DNA of 64,000 nt from Oscillospiraceae bacterium. GTDB taxonomy: Bacteria; Bacillota; Clostridia; Oscillospirales; Oscillospiraceae. Both the position numbers and the translations under genes were made by a program. Shown piece by piece: positions 18,076 through 27,324 of the stretch. Within the stretch, counting starts at the first letter, position 1. Each line of letters starts with the position of its first letter. Under the pieces are notes generated by a model. The model was not told where the DNA came from and did no database searches. It saw only the letters and a program-made list of their open reading frames with translations. The stretch is taken from assembly GCA_902802045.1 (NCBI GenBank), contig CADCKQ010000001.1:310759-374758 (forward strand), given 5' to 3'.

Positions 18076-19605
18076 ATGAAAAAAAACGCGAAGTCCTTCA
18101 TAACTTTTCTTATTACAGCCTGCATACTGTTCTCGATCTTGTCGGTCCCTGCTTTTGCGGCCGCAGAAGTACCTTCCGTGACAGCAAAGCGCATTCTTAT
18201 GGCCGATCTCGACGCAGACTATATATTTTACTCTGTCAACGCCGATGAACTCGTGCACCCTGCAAGTCTCACAAAGATAATGACGCTCCTTCTGGCAGTG
18301 GAGGCGGTAGAGAACAGCACCGTTTCCCTCCAGGACAACGTAACGGCCTATGACGACTGCAGGCAGGGCCTTGAAGAAGACAGCAGCACCCAGAATATCG
18401 TTCCCGGGGAGATCATGTCCTTCCAGAACCTCATGTACTGCGCGATGCTCGGATCCGCGAACGAGGCCTGCAACATAATCGGTGAATACATTTCGGGCAG
18501 CATCTCCGGTTTTGTAGATCTGATGAACCAGAGAGCGGCCAGGCTCGGATGCGCCAATACACATTTTGCAAATACAAACGGTCTTACGGACCCGGCTCAT
18601 TACACGACCGCTTCCGATCTCTATATTATAACCAAAGAAGCCTTAAGGCACGATCTTTTCGTTGAAATGTGCAATAAAAAGACCCTTATCGTACCCGCGA
18701 CAAATGTCTCCGGCGAGAGGTCGCTCGCGAATTCCAACGCGCTCATCAACCCGTCCGGTATCTACGGTCCGGACTATATCTATGAGCCCGCCAAAGGAGT
18801 CAAGACCGGATATACATATGCTGCGGGCTACTGTCTGGTCTCCACTGCCGAAAAAGGCGGGAACAGAGTCTGCTGTATAGTTCTCGGATGTGACGGACCG
18901 CTGAATGTCGGCGCAGAGGAATACAACAACTTTGTCGATTCGATAGCCCTTTACAAATGGGTTTTTTCCAATTTTTCAAAGCAGACCGTAATCTCGGCTG
19001 CAGATACCCTGGCTGTGAGCCAGGCAGCGCTCGCCTCCGGTACGGGCACGGTAACTCTCAAAACGGGGAAGGACATAAAGCTTCTCCTGCCGAATGATAC
19101 CGAAAACCTTCCCGATCATGTAACAGTCACGACCCGTGTGTATGAGGATATGATGACTGCGCCCATTTCTTCAGGAACCGTCCTGGGAGAGGCCGACATC
19201 TATATAGACGGGAGCTACTGCGGGACAGTGGACCTTGTCACCCCGGTATCGATCGAGCTTTCAAAGAGCGCTTTCATAAAACAGAAGCTCTCCGAGACCA
19301 TGAGCAGGACATGGGTAAAGGCCGTTATCGTCATAATCGTCATATTATTTGTCCTGTATCTCTTCCTGGTCGCCCGTTACAGGACATTAAGGCGCCGCCA
19401 TCTGCGCGAAAAGGCTGCAGCAGAAGAGAAGCGCAGAGCGGCATTTGAGGAGCGTGCCAGGGCCGCCCGGGAGCAGGCGAGGCAGCGCGTCACCGTTTCT
19501 GATGAGACCCGGCGCATCTCCAGCGAAAAGACTCCGCGCGTTCCGCGCGCCCAGAGCTTTGAAGAGATCATGAAGGAGTTTAAGGACTACTCCGATGAAA
19601 AATGA
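18076..19605 (+). CDS. D-alanyl-D-alanine carboxypeptidase (S11, PBP5-like) with C-terminal TM anchor and charged cytoplasmic tail
   Basis: SLTK (SxxK), SAN (SxN) and KTG motifs. Signal peptide starts at MKKNAKSF (ATG 18076). TM VIVIIVILFVLYLFLV is followed by ~85 charged residues. Confidence 0.85.
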   Translation: MKKNAKSFITFLITACILFSILSVPAFAAAEVPSVTAKRILMADLDADYIFYSVNADELVHPASLTKIMTLLLAVEAVENSTVSLQDNVTAYDDCRQGLEEDSSTQNIVPGEIMSFQNLMYCAMLGSANEACNIIGEYISGSISGFVDLMNQRAARLGCANTHFANTNGLTDPAHYTTASDLYIITKEALRHDLFVEMCNKKTLIVPATNVSGERSLANSNALINPSGIYGPDYIYEPAKGVKTGYTYAAGYCLVSTAEKGGNRVCCIVLGCDGPLNVGAEEYNNFVDSIALYKWVFSNFSKQTVISAADTLAVSQAALASGTGTVTLKTGKDIKLLLPNDTENLPDHVTVTTRVYEDMMTAPISSGTVLGEADIYIDGSYCGTVDLVTPVSIELSKSAFIKQKLSETMSRTWVKAVIVIIVILFVLYLFLVARYRTLRRRHLREKAAAEEKRRAAFEERARAAREQARQRVTVSDETRRISSEKTPRVPRAQSFEEIMKEFKDYSDEK

Positions 19606-20497
19606 CGCGCGCACAATCCGCCGCTGCACACTTTCCGTCCTTGCCGCCGGCTGCCTTTGGGGCACCATGGGCTTCTGGAGACGCGGAATGGAGACAATGG
19701 GTCTCTCGACTGTTGACTGTCTCGGCATCAGAGTCGGTGTCGCTGCGCTGCTATACGCGATCACCATTCTGATCATTGAGCCTTCCTCCTTTAAAATAAA
19801 GCTGAAGGATCTGTGGTGTTTTCTGGGAAGCGGAATCGTCTCCCTGCTGTTCTTCGGGCTCTGCTATTTCAGGGCAATGCAGCTTATGAGCCTCTCGACA
19901 GCTGCTATTCTCCTGTATACCGCGCCTGTTTTTGTGATCCTGCTCTCAGTCCCCCTCTTCGGGGAAAGGCTGAGTCTGTTAAAGCTTTCTGCTATGGCTA
20001 TGGCCTTTCTGGGCTGCTGTCTGGTATGCGGACTTGGAGGCGGGGACAAAATCACGCTTCCCGGACTGATGCTCGGGCTCGGATCGGGGTTTTGCTACGC
20101 GCTCTACAGTATCTTCAGCCGCTTCGCGCTCAATAAAGGCTACTCCTCTCTGAGCATCACGTTCTACTCCTCGCTCTTTGCATTCCTCGGGGCATTAGCG
20201 ATAAGCGGGGGCAAGACATATCCCTCCATGTTTTCGAGCTTTCACAATGTGTTCTTCTGCGTGATGACAGGTTTTGTTTCGGCGTATCTCGCCTATATGT
20301 TATACACATACGGGCTTGAGGGCCTTGAAAACGGCAGGGCAAGCATAATGGCGAGCATAGAGCCGGTCGTGGCGACTTTGGTCGGCGTTTTCGTCTACGA
20401 GGAAGCCCTGAGCCTTACCGGAATTGCAGGCATAGTTCTGGTGCTTGCGGCAATCGTGCTCCTGAACATAAAACAACCCGAAAGGGTAAAAACATAG
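19595..20497 (+). CDS. EamA/DMT-family transporter
   Basis: Ten hydrophobic segments in two EamA-like halves. Overlaps the PBP gene by 11 nt. Confidence 0.8.
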   Translation: MKNDARTIRRCTLSVLAAGCLWGTMGFWRRGMETMGLSTVDCLGIRVGVAALLYAITILIIEPSSFKIKLKDLWCFLGSGIVSLLFFGLCYFRAMQLMSLSTAAILLYTAPVFVILLSVPLFGERLSLLKLSAMAMAFLGCCLVCGLGGGDKITLPGLMLGLGSGFCYALYSIFSRFALNKGYSSLSITFYSSLFAFLGALAISGGKTYPSMFSSFHNVFFCVMTGFVSAYLAYMLYTYGLEGLENGRASIMASIEPVVATLVGVFVYEEALSLTGIAGIVLVLAAIVLLNIKQPERVKT

Positions 20498-20514
20498 AAT
20501 AAGGAACCGGAAAA

Positions 20515-22269
20515 ATGGGATTATCCAACATTCTCGCGCTCCTCTCGGGAGTTGCGCTCTTCCTTTTCGGCATGTCGCTCATGGGCGACGGTCTCAAAAG
20601 AGTGGCCGGCAACAAGCTTGAGATCATACTTTACAGGCTTTCCGGGACCACGCTTAAAGGCGTGCTTCTCGGAACCGGAGTCACGGCCGTCATACAGTCG
20701 TCCTCCGCCACATCGGTCATGGCCGTAGGTTTCGTAAACTCAGAGCTCATGAACCTGAATCAGGCCGTTGCCGTCATCCAGGGAAGCCTTCTCGGTACAA
20801 GCATTACCGGCTGGGTAGTCTGTCTCTCCGCTCTTGAGGGAAGCGGCTGGGTCTCCATACTGTCCACCGCGACCATCACCGCCGTTGTCGCTATCGTAGG
20901 GATCATTCTCCGCATGTTTTCAAAAACCGCGTCGTCAAAGCATGTCGGAGATATACTTATGGGCTTTGCGGTCTTAATGTTCGGAATGATGTATATGAGC
21001 AGCGCTGTTGCCCCGTTGAGAGATAACGCGGCTTTCATAAAGATACTGACATCGTTTTCAAATCCCCTGCTCGGTGTCCTTGCCGGCGCTGCCTTCACTG
21101 CGATCCTTCAGAGCGCCTCCGCGGCAGTCGGTATCCTGCAGGCGCTTTCTTTCACCGGAATCATAACTTTCGCGACTGCATTTCCCCTCATACTCGGTAT
21201 CGCAGTCGGCGCTTCGATACCGGTCCTGATCTCTTCAGTCGGAGCCAATGCGGACGGGCGCAGGGCAGCCTGGTCATATCTGTTCATCGAAGCGATCTCC
21301 GCTGCAGTCATAGGAGGCCTTTTCTATGCTTTCAACGCTGCAAAGCATTTCGGGATCATGTCGCTTACAATGACCACTTTTTCGATTGCGCTTCTCAACA
21401 CGGTCTTCAGGGCGATCGGCACCGTGACCTTTGCTCCGTTTACGGACAGGCTCTGCGATCTTCTCAGGCGAATCATAAAGCCAAGCCCCGGAGAGCAGGC
21501 TATGACCGCAGACTTCGACAGACTTGAAGAGAGGTTCCTCGACCACCCGGCTCTTGCGGTCGAACAGTGCAGGCTCACAGTTAACGCCATGGCGGAAAAA
21601 ACACACGAAAATCTCACCGATTCGTTCATGCTTCTATGGAATTACTCCGATGCAGGTTACGATAAGGTGGAACAGGTCGAAAATGCTATAGACAGCTACG
21701 AGGACAAGCTCGGGACTTATCTCATGAAGGTCACGGCCTGCGATCTTACAAAATCCCAGACTGAGGATATCAGCAAATATCTGCACACCATTAACGACTT
21801 TGAGCGCATGAGCGACCATGCGATGAATATAGCCGAGTGCGCAAGGACCAAGGCAGAGAAAAACATGGAATTCTCGCCGGCGGGCAATGCGGAGCTCAAT
21901 GTCCTGATCTCTGCCGTCGCGGAGGTGATCAATCTCGCGCTTAACGCCTTCCTGTACAATGACGTGGGGACAGCTTACCGGGTCGAGCCTTTGGAGTCGG
22001 TGGTGGACAATCTCTGCGATGAGATTAAGCTACACCATATACAGCGCCTCAAGGACGGCAAATGTACGTACGAGCACGGACTTGTTTTCAACGATCTGCT
22101 CACGAACTTCGAGCGTCTCTCGGACCACTGCTCGAATGTTGCCCTCGCGCTCATAGAACTGCAGTCCGATACCTTCGACGCACACGAGTATATAAACAAT
22201 CTCACGGTGCAGCACACCACAGTTTTTGACGAGTATTTCAGCGAATACAGTGAAAAATACAAAGTATAA
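20515..22269 (+). CDS. Na/Pi-cotransporter family protein with PhoU-like C-terminal domains
   Basis: N-terminal NptA-like membrane repeats (LLGTGVTAVIQSSSATS and a second repeat ILQSASAAVGI), then a soluble helical PhoU-like half. Confidence 0.85.
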   Translation: MGLSNILALLSGVALFLFGMSLMGDGLKRVAGNKLEIILYRLSGTTLKGVLLGTGVTAVIQSSSATSVMAVGFVNSELMNLNQAVAVIQGSLLGTSITGWVVCLSALEGSGWVSILSTATITAVVAIVGIILRMFSKTASSKHVGDILMGFAVLMFGMMYMSSAVAPLRDNAAFIKILTSFSNPLLGVLAGAAFTAILQSASAAVGILQALSFTGIITFATAFPLILGIAVGASIPVLISSVGANADGRRAAWSYLFIEAISAAVIGGLFYAFNAAKHFGIMSLTMTTFSIALLNTVFRAIGTVTFAPFTDRLCDLLRRIIKPSPGEQAMTADFDRLEERFLDHPALAVEQCRLTVNAMAEKTHENLTDSFMLLWNYSDAGYDKVEQVENAIDSYEDKLGTYLMKVTACDLTKSQTEDISKYLHTINDFERMSDHAMNIAECARTKAEKNMEFSPAGNAELNVLISAVAEVINLALNAFLYNDVGTAYRVEPLESVVDNLCDEIKLHHIQRLKDGKCTYEHGLVFNDLLTNFERLSDHCSNVALALIELQSDTFDAHEYINNLTVQHTTVFDEYFSEYSEKYKV

Positions 22270-22281
22270 GGAGAATTCCGT

Positions 22282-23526
22282 ATGATATTTGATTGCGAAC
22301 AGTATGCGGGCCTTTGCGAATGCGGCAGAGACCATGAGCTCGAAACGAAGAAAGTCGTCGTCGAGTACGGCGCGCTCGACCATTTCGAGAAGTACATGCA
22401 GGATGTAGGCCTCGGTTCAGCCAGAAGAGCTGTCGTATACGATACTTTCGTATACAATCTTCCCGGGGTAAAGCACCTCAAGGCAGACCAGGAGATAGTT
22501 CTCGAGAGCAAGGGCCTGAGGGCAGAAGATGTTCTCATCGAGGACATGATGGCAAAATTGGACTCTCCGGAGGTCATCGTCGCTTTCGGCGCCGGGACCA
22601 TTATGGACTTCGGGCGTTATCCGGCGTATAAGCTCGGCATACCGTTTGTCGCTGTGCCTACGCTCGCCTCCTCCGACGGATTCACGGCCTCCATCTGCTC
22701 CGCAATAATCAAGGGGCAGAAAAAATCCACCCGCATGAAAGCTCCGGCGCTGGTCGTAGCGGACCTCGACATAATAAAAGGCGCTCCGATGCGTCTCGTC
22801 TCAAGCGGCATAAACGATATTCTGGCAAAATACGTCTCTCTGGCCGACTGGAAGATAGCCACCCTCGTTTCCGGAGAGGATTACTGTGAAAAGATAGCAG
22901 GTCTCGCCGAGGACGCGCTCGTCACCATGCGCGAGGCAGCAGATAAGATGGCTGCAACAGGCGAGATCGACCACGAGGCCATGACGATGGCCCAGATGAA
23001 GTCCGGCCTAACGATGCAGCTCTGGGACAATTCGAGAGCCGCCTCCGGCGCAGAGCACCTTATGGCGCACCTGGTCGAGATGCACCCGCCGCGCTTCGAA
23101 AACGCCGAGGGCATACACGGAGAATGCGTAGGCGTCGGGACTTTCGCAGCAGTCAAAGAATACAAGCGCCTTAGAAAGCTCACACCGAAAGCGAAGAAAT
23201 TCGAGCCTCTGACCGGCGAATGGGTGATGGAGAAGTTCGGCGAGCGCCTTTATGACGGCATCATGAAGGAAAACTCAAATGATATCCTTGCGACCTTCGA
23301 TCCGCAGAATATAATCGACAACTGGGACAAGATCTGCGCCATCATCGACGAGATCCCCGAGCCGGAGGAGCTCGAGGCGCTGTACAGGGCCTGCTCCTGC
23401 AAGTATCTGCCCGAGCACATCGGTATAGACCCCGAGCTCGGCAATGAAGCCCTCTATATCTCTGCCGCCATCAGAAACCGCCTCACCCTTATAAGGATGA
23501 CGAGAGTCCTTGATTTCGGAGAGTGA
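22282..23526 (+). CDS. Iron-dependent ADH superfamily protein, AraM/EgsA-like (sn-glycerol-1-phosphate dehydrogenase-like)
   Basis: AFGAGTIMDFGRY...PFVAVPTLASSDGFTAS resembles the G1PDH/AraM PT.AS.DG motif; 414 aa. Confidence 0.65.
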   Translation: MIFDCEQYAGLCECGRDHELETKKVVVEYGALDHFEKYMQDVGLGSARRAVVYDTFVYNLPGVKHLKADQEIVLESKGLRAEDVLIEDMMAKLDSPEVIVAFGAGTIMDFGRYPAYKLGIPFVAVPTLASSDGFTASICSAIIKGQKKSTRMKAPALVVADLDIIKGAPMRLVSSGINDILAKYVSLADWKIATLVSGEDYCEKIAGLAEDALVTMREAADKMAATGEIDHEAMTMAQMKSGLTMQLWDNSRAASGAEHLMAHLVEMHPPRFENAEGIHGECVGVGTFAAVKEYKRLRKLTPKAKKFEPLTGEWVMEKFGERLYDGIMKENSNDILATFDPQNIIDNWDKICAIIDEIPEPEELEALYRACSCKYLPEHIGIDPELGNEALYISAAIRNRLTLIRMTRVLDFGE

Positions 23527-24143
23527 CCGTATTTCTTCTCAAAACAGAAGAGATTGAAGCTCTGCCCCGGGAGTTTTGCGAAAGAAACTTTCCGGGGCGG
23601 CTTAAAGGCTCCGTAAGGACCACGGCGATCGGCGCCGGTGCGATGATACGCTATCTGACCGGCCTTCCCGAAACGGATATCCGGTATAACGAAAACGGAA
23701 AGCCGTACACGGAGAACGGCCCGCATTTCAACATATCCCACAGCAAAAATCTGGTCGCAGGCGTATCGTCGGAAGCTCCTGTCGGGATCGATCTGGAGCA
23801 TACCGGCCGAAAGCACGAAGGCGTTGAGAAGCGCGTTTTTTCACCGGAAGAGAGAAACCTGATAAACAGCGGAGAAGACGACAGGCTCTTTTTCACCGCG
23901 TGGACCCTGAAGGAGGCATGCGTAAAGCTCTTCGGAAAGAGCCTCGCGGAAGAGCTCACTTCGTTTTCGGTCCTTCCTCTCATACAGTCGGGCAAAACGG
24001 AGATCTCCGGCCGGACGGTCTTTTCAAAAACCGCAGTTATCGGAGATTATGTGCTTTCCGTCTGTTCGGAAAAGGAACTGTCAGATCTGATTCCCGTTTT
24101 CCTCACGTCAGAGGATATTGCAAAAGAAGAAAATGACGTATAA
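23523..24143 (+). CDS. Sfp-type 4'-phosphopantetheinyl transferase
   Basis: GIDLE and WTLKEACVK motifs. GTG start overlaps the upstream TGA (GTGA). Confidence 0.8.
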   Translation: MTVFLLKTEEIEALPREFCERNFPGRLKGSVRTTAIGAGAMIRYLTGLPETDIRYNENGKPYTENGPHFNISHSKNLVAGVSSEAPVGIDLEHTGRKHEGVEKRVFSPEERNLINSGEDDRLFFTAWTLKEACVKLFGKSLAEELTSFSVLPLIQSGKTEISGRTVFSKTAVIGDYVLSVCSEKELSDLIPVFLTSEDIAKEENDV

Positions 24144-25401
24144 AGAAGCATTAAACTATATTAACGGCACCTTGTGGCTCGGCTCGAAACCGGGCCTTGA
24201 ACGCATCAGGGAGCTCTGTTCCTCTCTGGGCGATCCGCAGGACTCGCTTAAGTTCATACACATAGCGGGCACCAACGGCAAAGGCAGCGCGGCTGCAATG
24301 ACCGCTTCCGTCCTTAAGGCGGCGGGATACAGAACAGGGCTTTTCACCTCACCCTATCTCTACCGCTTCAACGAGAGGATGCAGATAAACGGAGAACAGA
24401 TCCCGGACGAGGTCCTCGCGGACATAGTCGCCCGGATAAAGCCCGCAGCCGAAAAAATGGAGGATCATCCGACGGAGTTTGAGATGATGACTGCTGCAGC
24501 ATTTCTGTGGTTCAGGCAGGAGCGCTGCGACATCGTCGTTCTCGAGGTCGGACTCGGGGGAAGACTGGACTCCACCAATATAATTGCCTTTCCCGAATGC
24601 GCGATAATAATGAACATCGGGCTTGACCATACCAAGATACTCGGAGATACGGTCGAATCCATTGCCCGCGAGAAGGCAGGCATAATAAAACCCGGCTGCG
24701 ACGTGTGCCTCTATGAACAGGAGAAGTCCGTTGAGGAGATCATATCCTCGATCTGCAAAGAAAAAGGTGCGAAGCTTTCAGTCGCAGATTTCTCCTCCAT
24801 AAAGAGCGAATTCGATTCGACCGAGGGCCAGGCATTCTTCTACAAGGGAAGGGAATACTCTCTTCCGCTTTTGGGTGCCCATCAGCTCAAAAACGCCGCA
24901 GTTGTTATTGAAACCGTCAGCGTTCTCAGAAAACGCGGTTTTGATATATCGGACCAGGCTCTGGAGCACGGGCTGTACAGCGTTTCCTGGCCTGCGCGAT
25001 TCGAGATAGTCTCGGATGACCCTTATTTTGTCGTCGACGGAGGGCACAATCCCCAGTGCGCGGAAACTGTGCGTGAAAACACGCTCGCCTATTTCCCCGG
25101 AATGAAGCACATATTTCTCGCCGGAGTCATGGCGGACAAGGACTATCCTGCTCTCTTCGATATTCTCAATGAAGCTGCTGACGAATTCGTCTGTGTGACC
25201 CCGTCCAATCCGCGCGCTCTGAGAGCTGGGGAGCTGGCTGCTTTCCTTAGAAAATACCAGAAGCCTGTTTCTGTCTGCGATACCGTGCAGGACGGAGTCG
25301 AGAAAGCAAAAGAGCTTGCCCTTGAATCAAACGGGGCAGTTATCGCCACGGGCTCGCTTTACATGAGCGGCGATATCCGGGCCTGTTTCGGGTTGTATTA
25401 G
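24133..25401 (+). CDS. folC: Folylpolyglutamate synthase / dihydrofolate synthase
   Basis: HIAGTNGKGS P-loop and Mur-ligase layout. ATG 24133 is preferred over the TTG at 24118. Confidence 0.9.
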   Translation: MTYKEALNYINGTLWLGSKPGLERIRELCSSLGDPQDSLKFIHIAGTNGKGSAAAMTASVLKAAGYRTGLFTSPYLYRFNERMQINGEQIPDEVLADIVARIKPAAEKMEDHPTEFEMMTAAAFLWFRQERCDIVVLEVGLGGRLDSTNIIAFPECAIIMNIGLDHTKILGDTVESIAREKAGIIKPGCDVCLYEQEKSVEEIISSICKEKGAKLSVADFSSIKSEFDSTEGQAFFYKGREYSLPLLGAHQLKNAAVVIETVSVLRKRGFDISDQALEHGLYSVSWPARFEIVSDDPYFVVDGGHNPQCAETVRENTLAYFPGMKHIFLAGVMADKDYPALFDILNEAADEFVCVTPSNPRALRAGELAAFLRKYQKPVSVCDTVQDGVEKAKELALESNGAVIATGSLYMSGDIRACFGLY

Positions 25402-25410
25402 GAGGTCTTC

Positions 25411-25836
25411 ATGCGTATAATGGCAATAGATTACGGTGATGTTAGAACAGGTATTGCCGTTTCGGACCTCACTCAGAGCATCACCGGGGACGCGTTCGTG
25501 ATCCGCGAGAAAGATCCGGAAAAGCTCGCAGAGAGGCTGTGCGTTGAGGCGGGGCAGCGCGATGTTGAGAAATTTATACTCGGCCTTCCCAGAAACATGG
25601 ACGGAACGGAGAGCTTTAGAGCCGAAAAAAGCAGGGCTTTCAAAAGCATCCTTGAGGAAAAGAGCGGTCTTCCCGTTGTTCTCTGGGACGAGAGGCGCTC
25701 CTCAATCGAAGCACACGCGATACTTCACGCCTCCGGCAAAAAGGAGAAGGAGCACAAAAAGAGCGTTGACGCCGTAGCGGCTAGCCTGCTCCTGGAGTCA
25801 TATCTCGACAGCATAAAAGTTAAAAAAACATATTGA
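25411..25836 (+). CDS. ruvX: Holliday-junction resolvase-like RuvX/YqgF
   Basis: MRIMAIDYGDVRTGIAVSD...LGLPRNMDGTE...DERRSS. Confidence 0.9.
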   Translation: MRIMAIDYGDVRTGIAVSDLTQSITGDAFVIREKDPEKLAERLCVEAGQRDVEKFILGLPRNMDGTESFRAEKSRAFKSILEEKSGLPVVLWDERRSSIEAHAILHASGKKEKEHKKSVDAVAASLLLESYLDSIKVKKTY

Positions 25837-25861
25837 CAATCAGGTTTTGATTTGATATATT
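25833..25861 (+). promoter_or_regulatory. Near-consensus sigma-70 promoter for the tRNA pair
   Basis: TTGACA (25833-25838), 17 nt, TATATT (25856-25861). tRNA-Asp begins 12 nt downstream. Confidence 0.6.
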
Positions 25862-25872
25862 ATTTCAGCCGT

Positions 25873-25949
25873 GGCCGTGTAGTTCAGCTGGTTAGAACGC
25901 CGGCCTGTCACGCCGGAGGTCGAGGGTTCAAGTCCCTTCGCGGTCGCCA
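25873..25949 (+). tRNA. tRNA-Asp (anticodon GTC), CCA encoded
   Basis: Hand-folded cloverleaf: acceptor GGCCGTG/CGCGGTC, anticodon arm CCGGC-CTGTCAC-GCCGG, T arm GAGGG-TTCAAGT-CCCTT. Confidence 0.9.
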
Positions 25950-25953
25950 CGCA

Positions 25954-25984
25954 ATATGCCCCTTAATCAGGGGCATATGTTTTC
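25954..25984 (+). terminator. Terminator-like hairpin between the two tRNAs
   Basis: ATATGCCCC ttaatca GGGGCATAT followed by GTTTTC. It ends exactly at the 5' end of tRNA-Thr. Confidence 0.4.
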
Positions 25985-26060
<76 letters not shown>

Positions 26061-26064
26061 AAAA

Positions 26065-26097
26065 AGCCTTGTACCAATTGAGGTACAAGGCTTTTTG
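26065..26097. terminator. Bidirectional intrinsic terminator
   Basis: AGCCTTGTACC (26065-26075) pairs with GGTACAAGGCT (26082-26092), flanked by AAAAA and TTTTT. Confidence 0.7.
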
Positions 26098-26115
26098 CTG
26101 TCTTTATGATCTTTT

Positions 26116-27324
26116 TCAGTTTCTGCGGTTGGGCATCTCTATGTATATATTTCCGGTTGCGAAGCTTGCGCACGGATGGATATATCCGAGTTCCTTATCC
26201 TTTGCCCGGCGTCCGTCCGTCTCTTCGGGAATAAATACAGTCCCTTCCAGAAGTCTGGACCTGCACCATCCGCAGATCCCGCCTCTGCAGCGGTTCGGTC
26301 CCGCAATGCCCGCGCGTTCGAGAGCTACCATAATGTTCTCGTTTGCGGCACAGGGTATATCGAAGACCTTATCGCACATTTTGATTTTAAGATTGAAAGT
26401 CTTATCCTTCGCTTCCATCGGATAGCCTTCATACTCCCAGGGCCTGCTGACATTGTCGTAAAGCTCCTTGCGATAGTACTTCTTCTTGAGCCCCAGTTTT
26501 TCCGCTTCACCGTCAAGAAAATCATACATGCCTTTCGAGCCTGCCGCGAAGACGCTGAATGTGCCTTCTCCGGCGTACTTTCTGATGAGGTCTGCCGTGA
26601 TAAAGCCGTGCTCGCAGCCTTCGGCCTCTTCCTCGCTCAGCACATTGATTACTCTGACCTTACCGGTCTTCTTCATTATTTCGGCAAACTCTTCTTCAAA
26701 CAGAACATCGTCCCTTGTTCTACTGCCGTAAAGAACCGTGAGATCGAAATCTTCATCGCCGTCGGCTATAGCACAGGCCATCGAAAACACAGGCGTGATC
26801 CCGCTTCCACCCGCTACGGCTATGACCTTTTCTGCGTCTCTGATGCCTTCATAATAGAAGGTTCCCTGAGGCCCCGAGGTCTCTATGGTATCTCCTATCT
26901 TCCAGTTGTCGTGTATGTATCCGCTAAGGAAGCCGTCCGGCTCGACTCTCTTTACGGTCACCATGCACTTTCCCTCCAGCGTCATGGAAGGCCCGCAGGA
27001 GAGAGTAACGGGTCTGCATATGAGCTTGCCGTCTATCATCTGGCGAAGCACAACGAACTGGCCGGCTCTGAAAAACGCGGGGTTCGTTCCGTCTTTCTTT
27101 CTGAGCACATACGATCTGACATCGCCTCTTCCTCTGATGATGATGTCTTCGATCACGAACTCCTGATTGCCCGGATGCCTTTCATGCGCTTTTATATTGG
27201 ATTCATAATCTGCCTTCAGCTCTTTCACCGCAGTGGCATCTATAATACTGTCGCGTTTGACCTTCTTGCTTTTGAAATACAGCATGTCCAGAAGGCCTAT
27301 CGGCTTGATATGTACATTAGCCAT
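26116..27324 (-). CDS. FNR-like flavin reductase with C-terminal [2Fe-2S] domain (copy 2)
   Basis: RPVTLSC, GGSGITP and CRGGICGWC...PC. About half of the positions are identical by eye to the 1956-3173 product. Confidence 0.8.
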   Translation of the reverse strand: MANVHIKPIGLLDMLYFKSKKVKRDSIIDATAVKELKADYESNIKAHERHPGNQEFVIEDIIIRGRGDVRSYVLRKKDGTNPAFFRAGQFVVLRQMIDGKLICRPVTLSCGPSMTLEGKCMVTVKRVEPDGFLSGYIHDNWKIGDTIETSGPQGTFYYEGIRDAEKVIAVAGGSGITPVFSMACAIADGDEDFDLTVLYGSRTRDDVLFEEEFAEIMKKTGKVRVINVLSEEEAEGCEHGFITADLIRKYAGEGTFSVFAAGSKGMYDFLDGEAEKLGLKKKYYRKELYDNVSRPWEYEGYPMEAKDKTFNLKIKMCDKVFDIPCAANENIMVALERAGIAGPNRCRGGICGWCRSRLLEGTVFIPEETDGRRAKDKELGYIHPCASFATGNIYIEMPNRRN

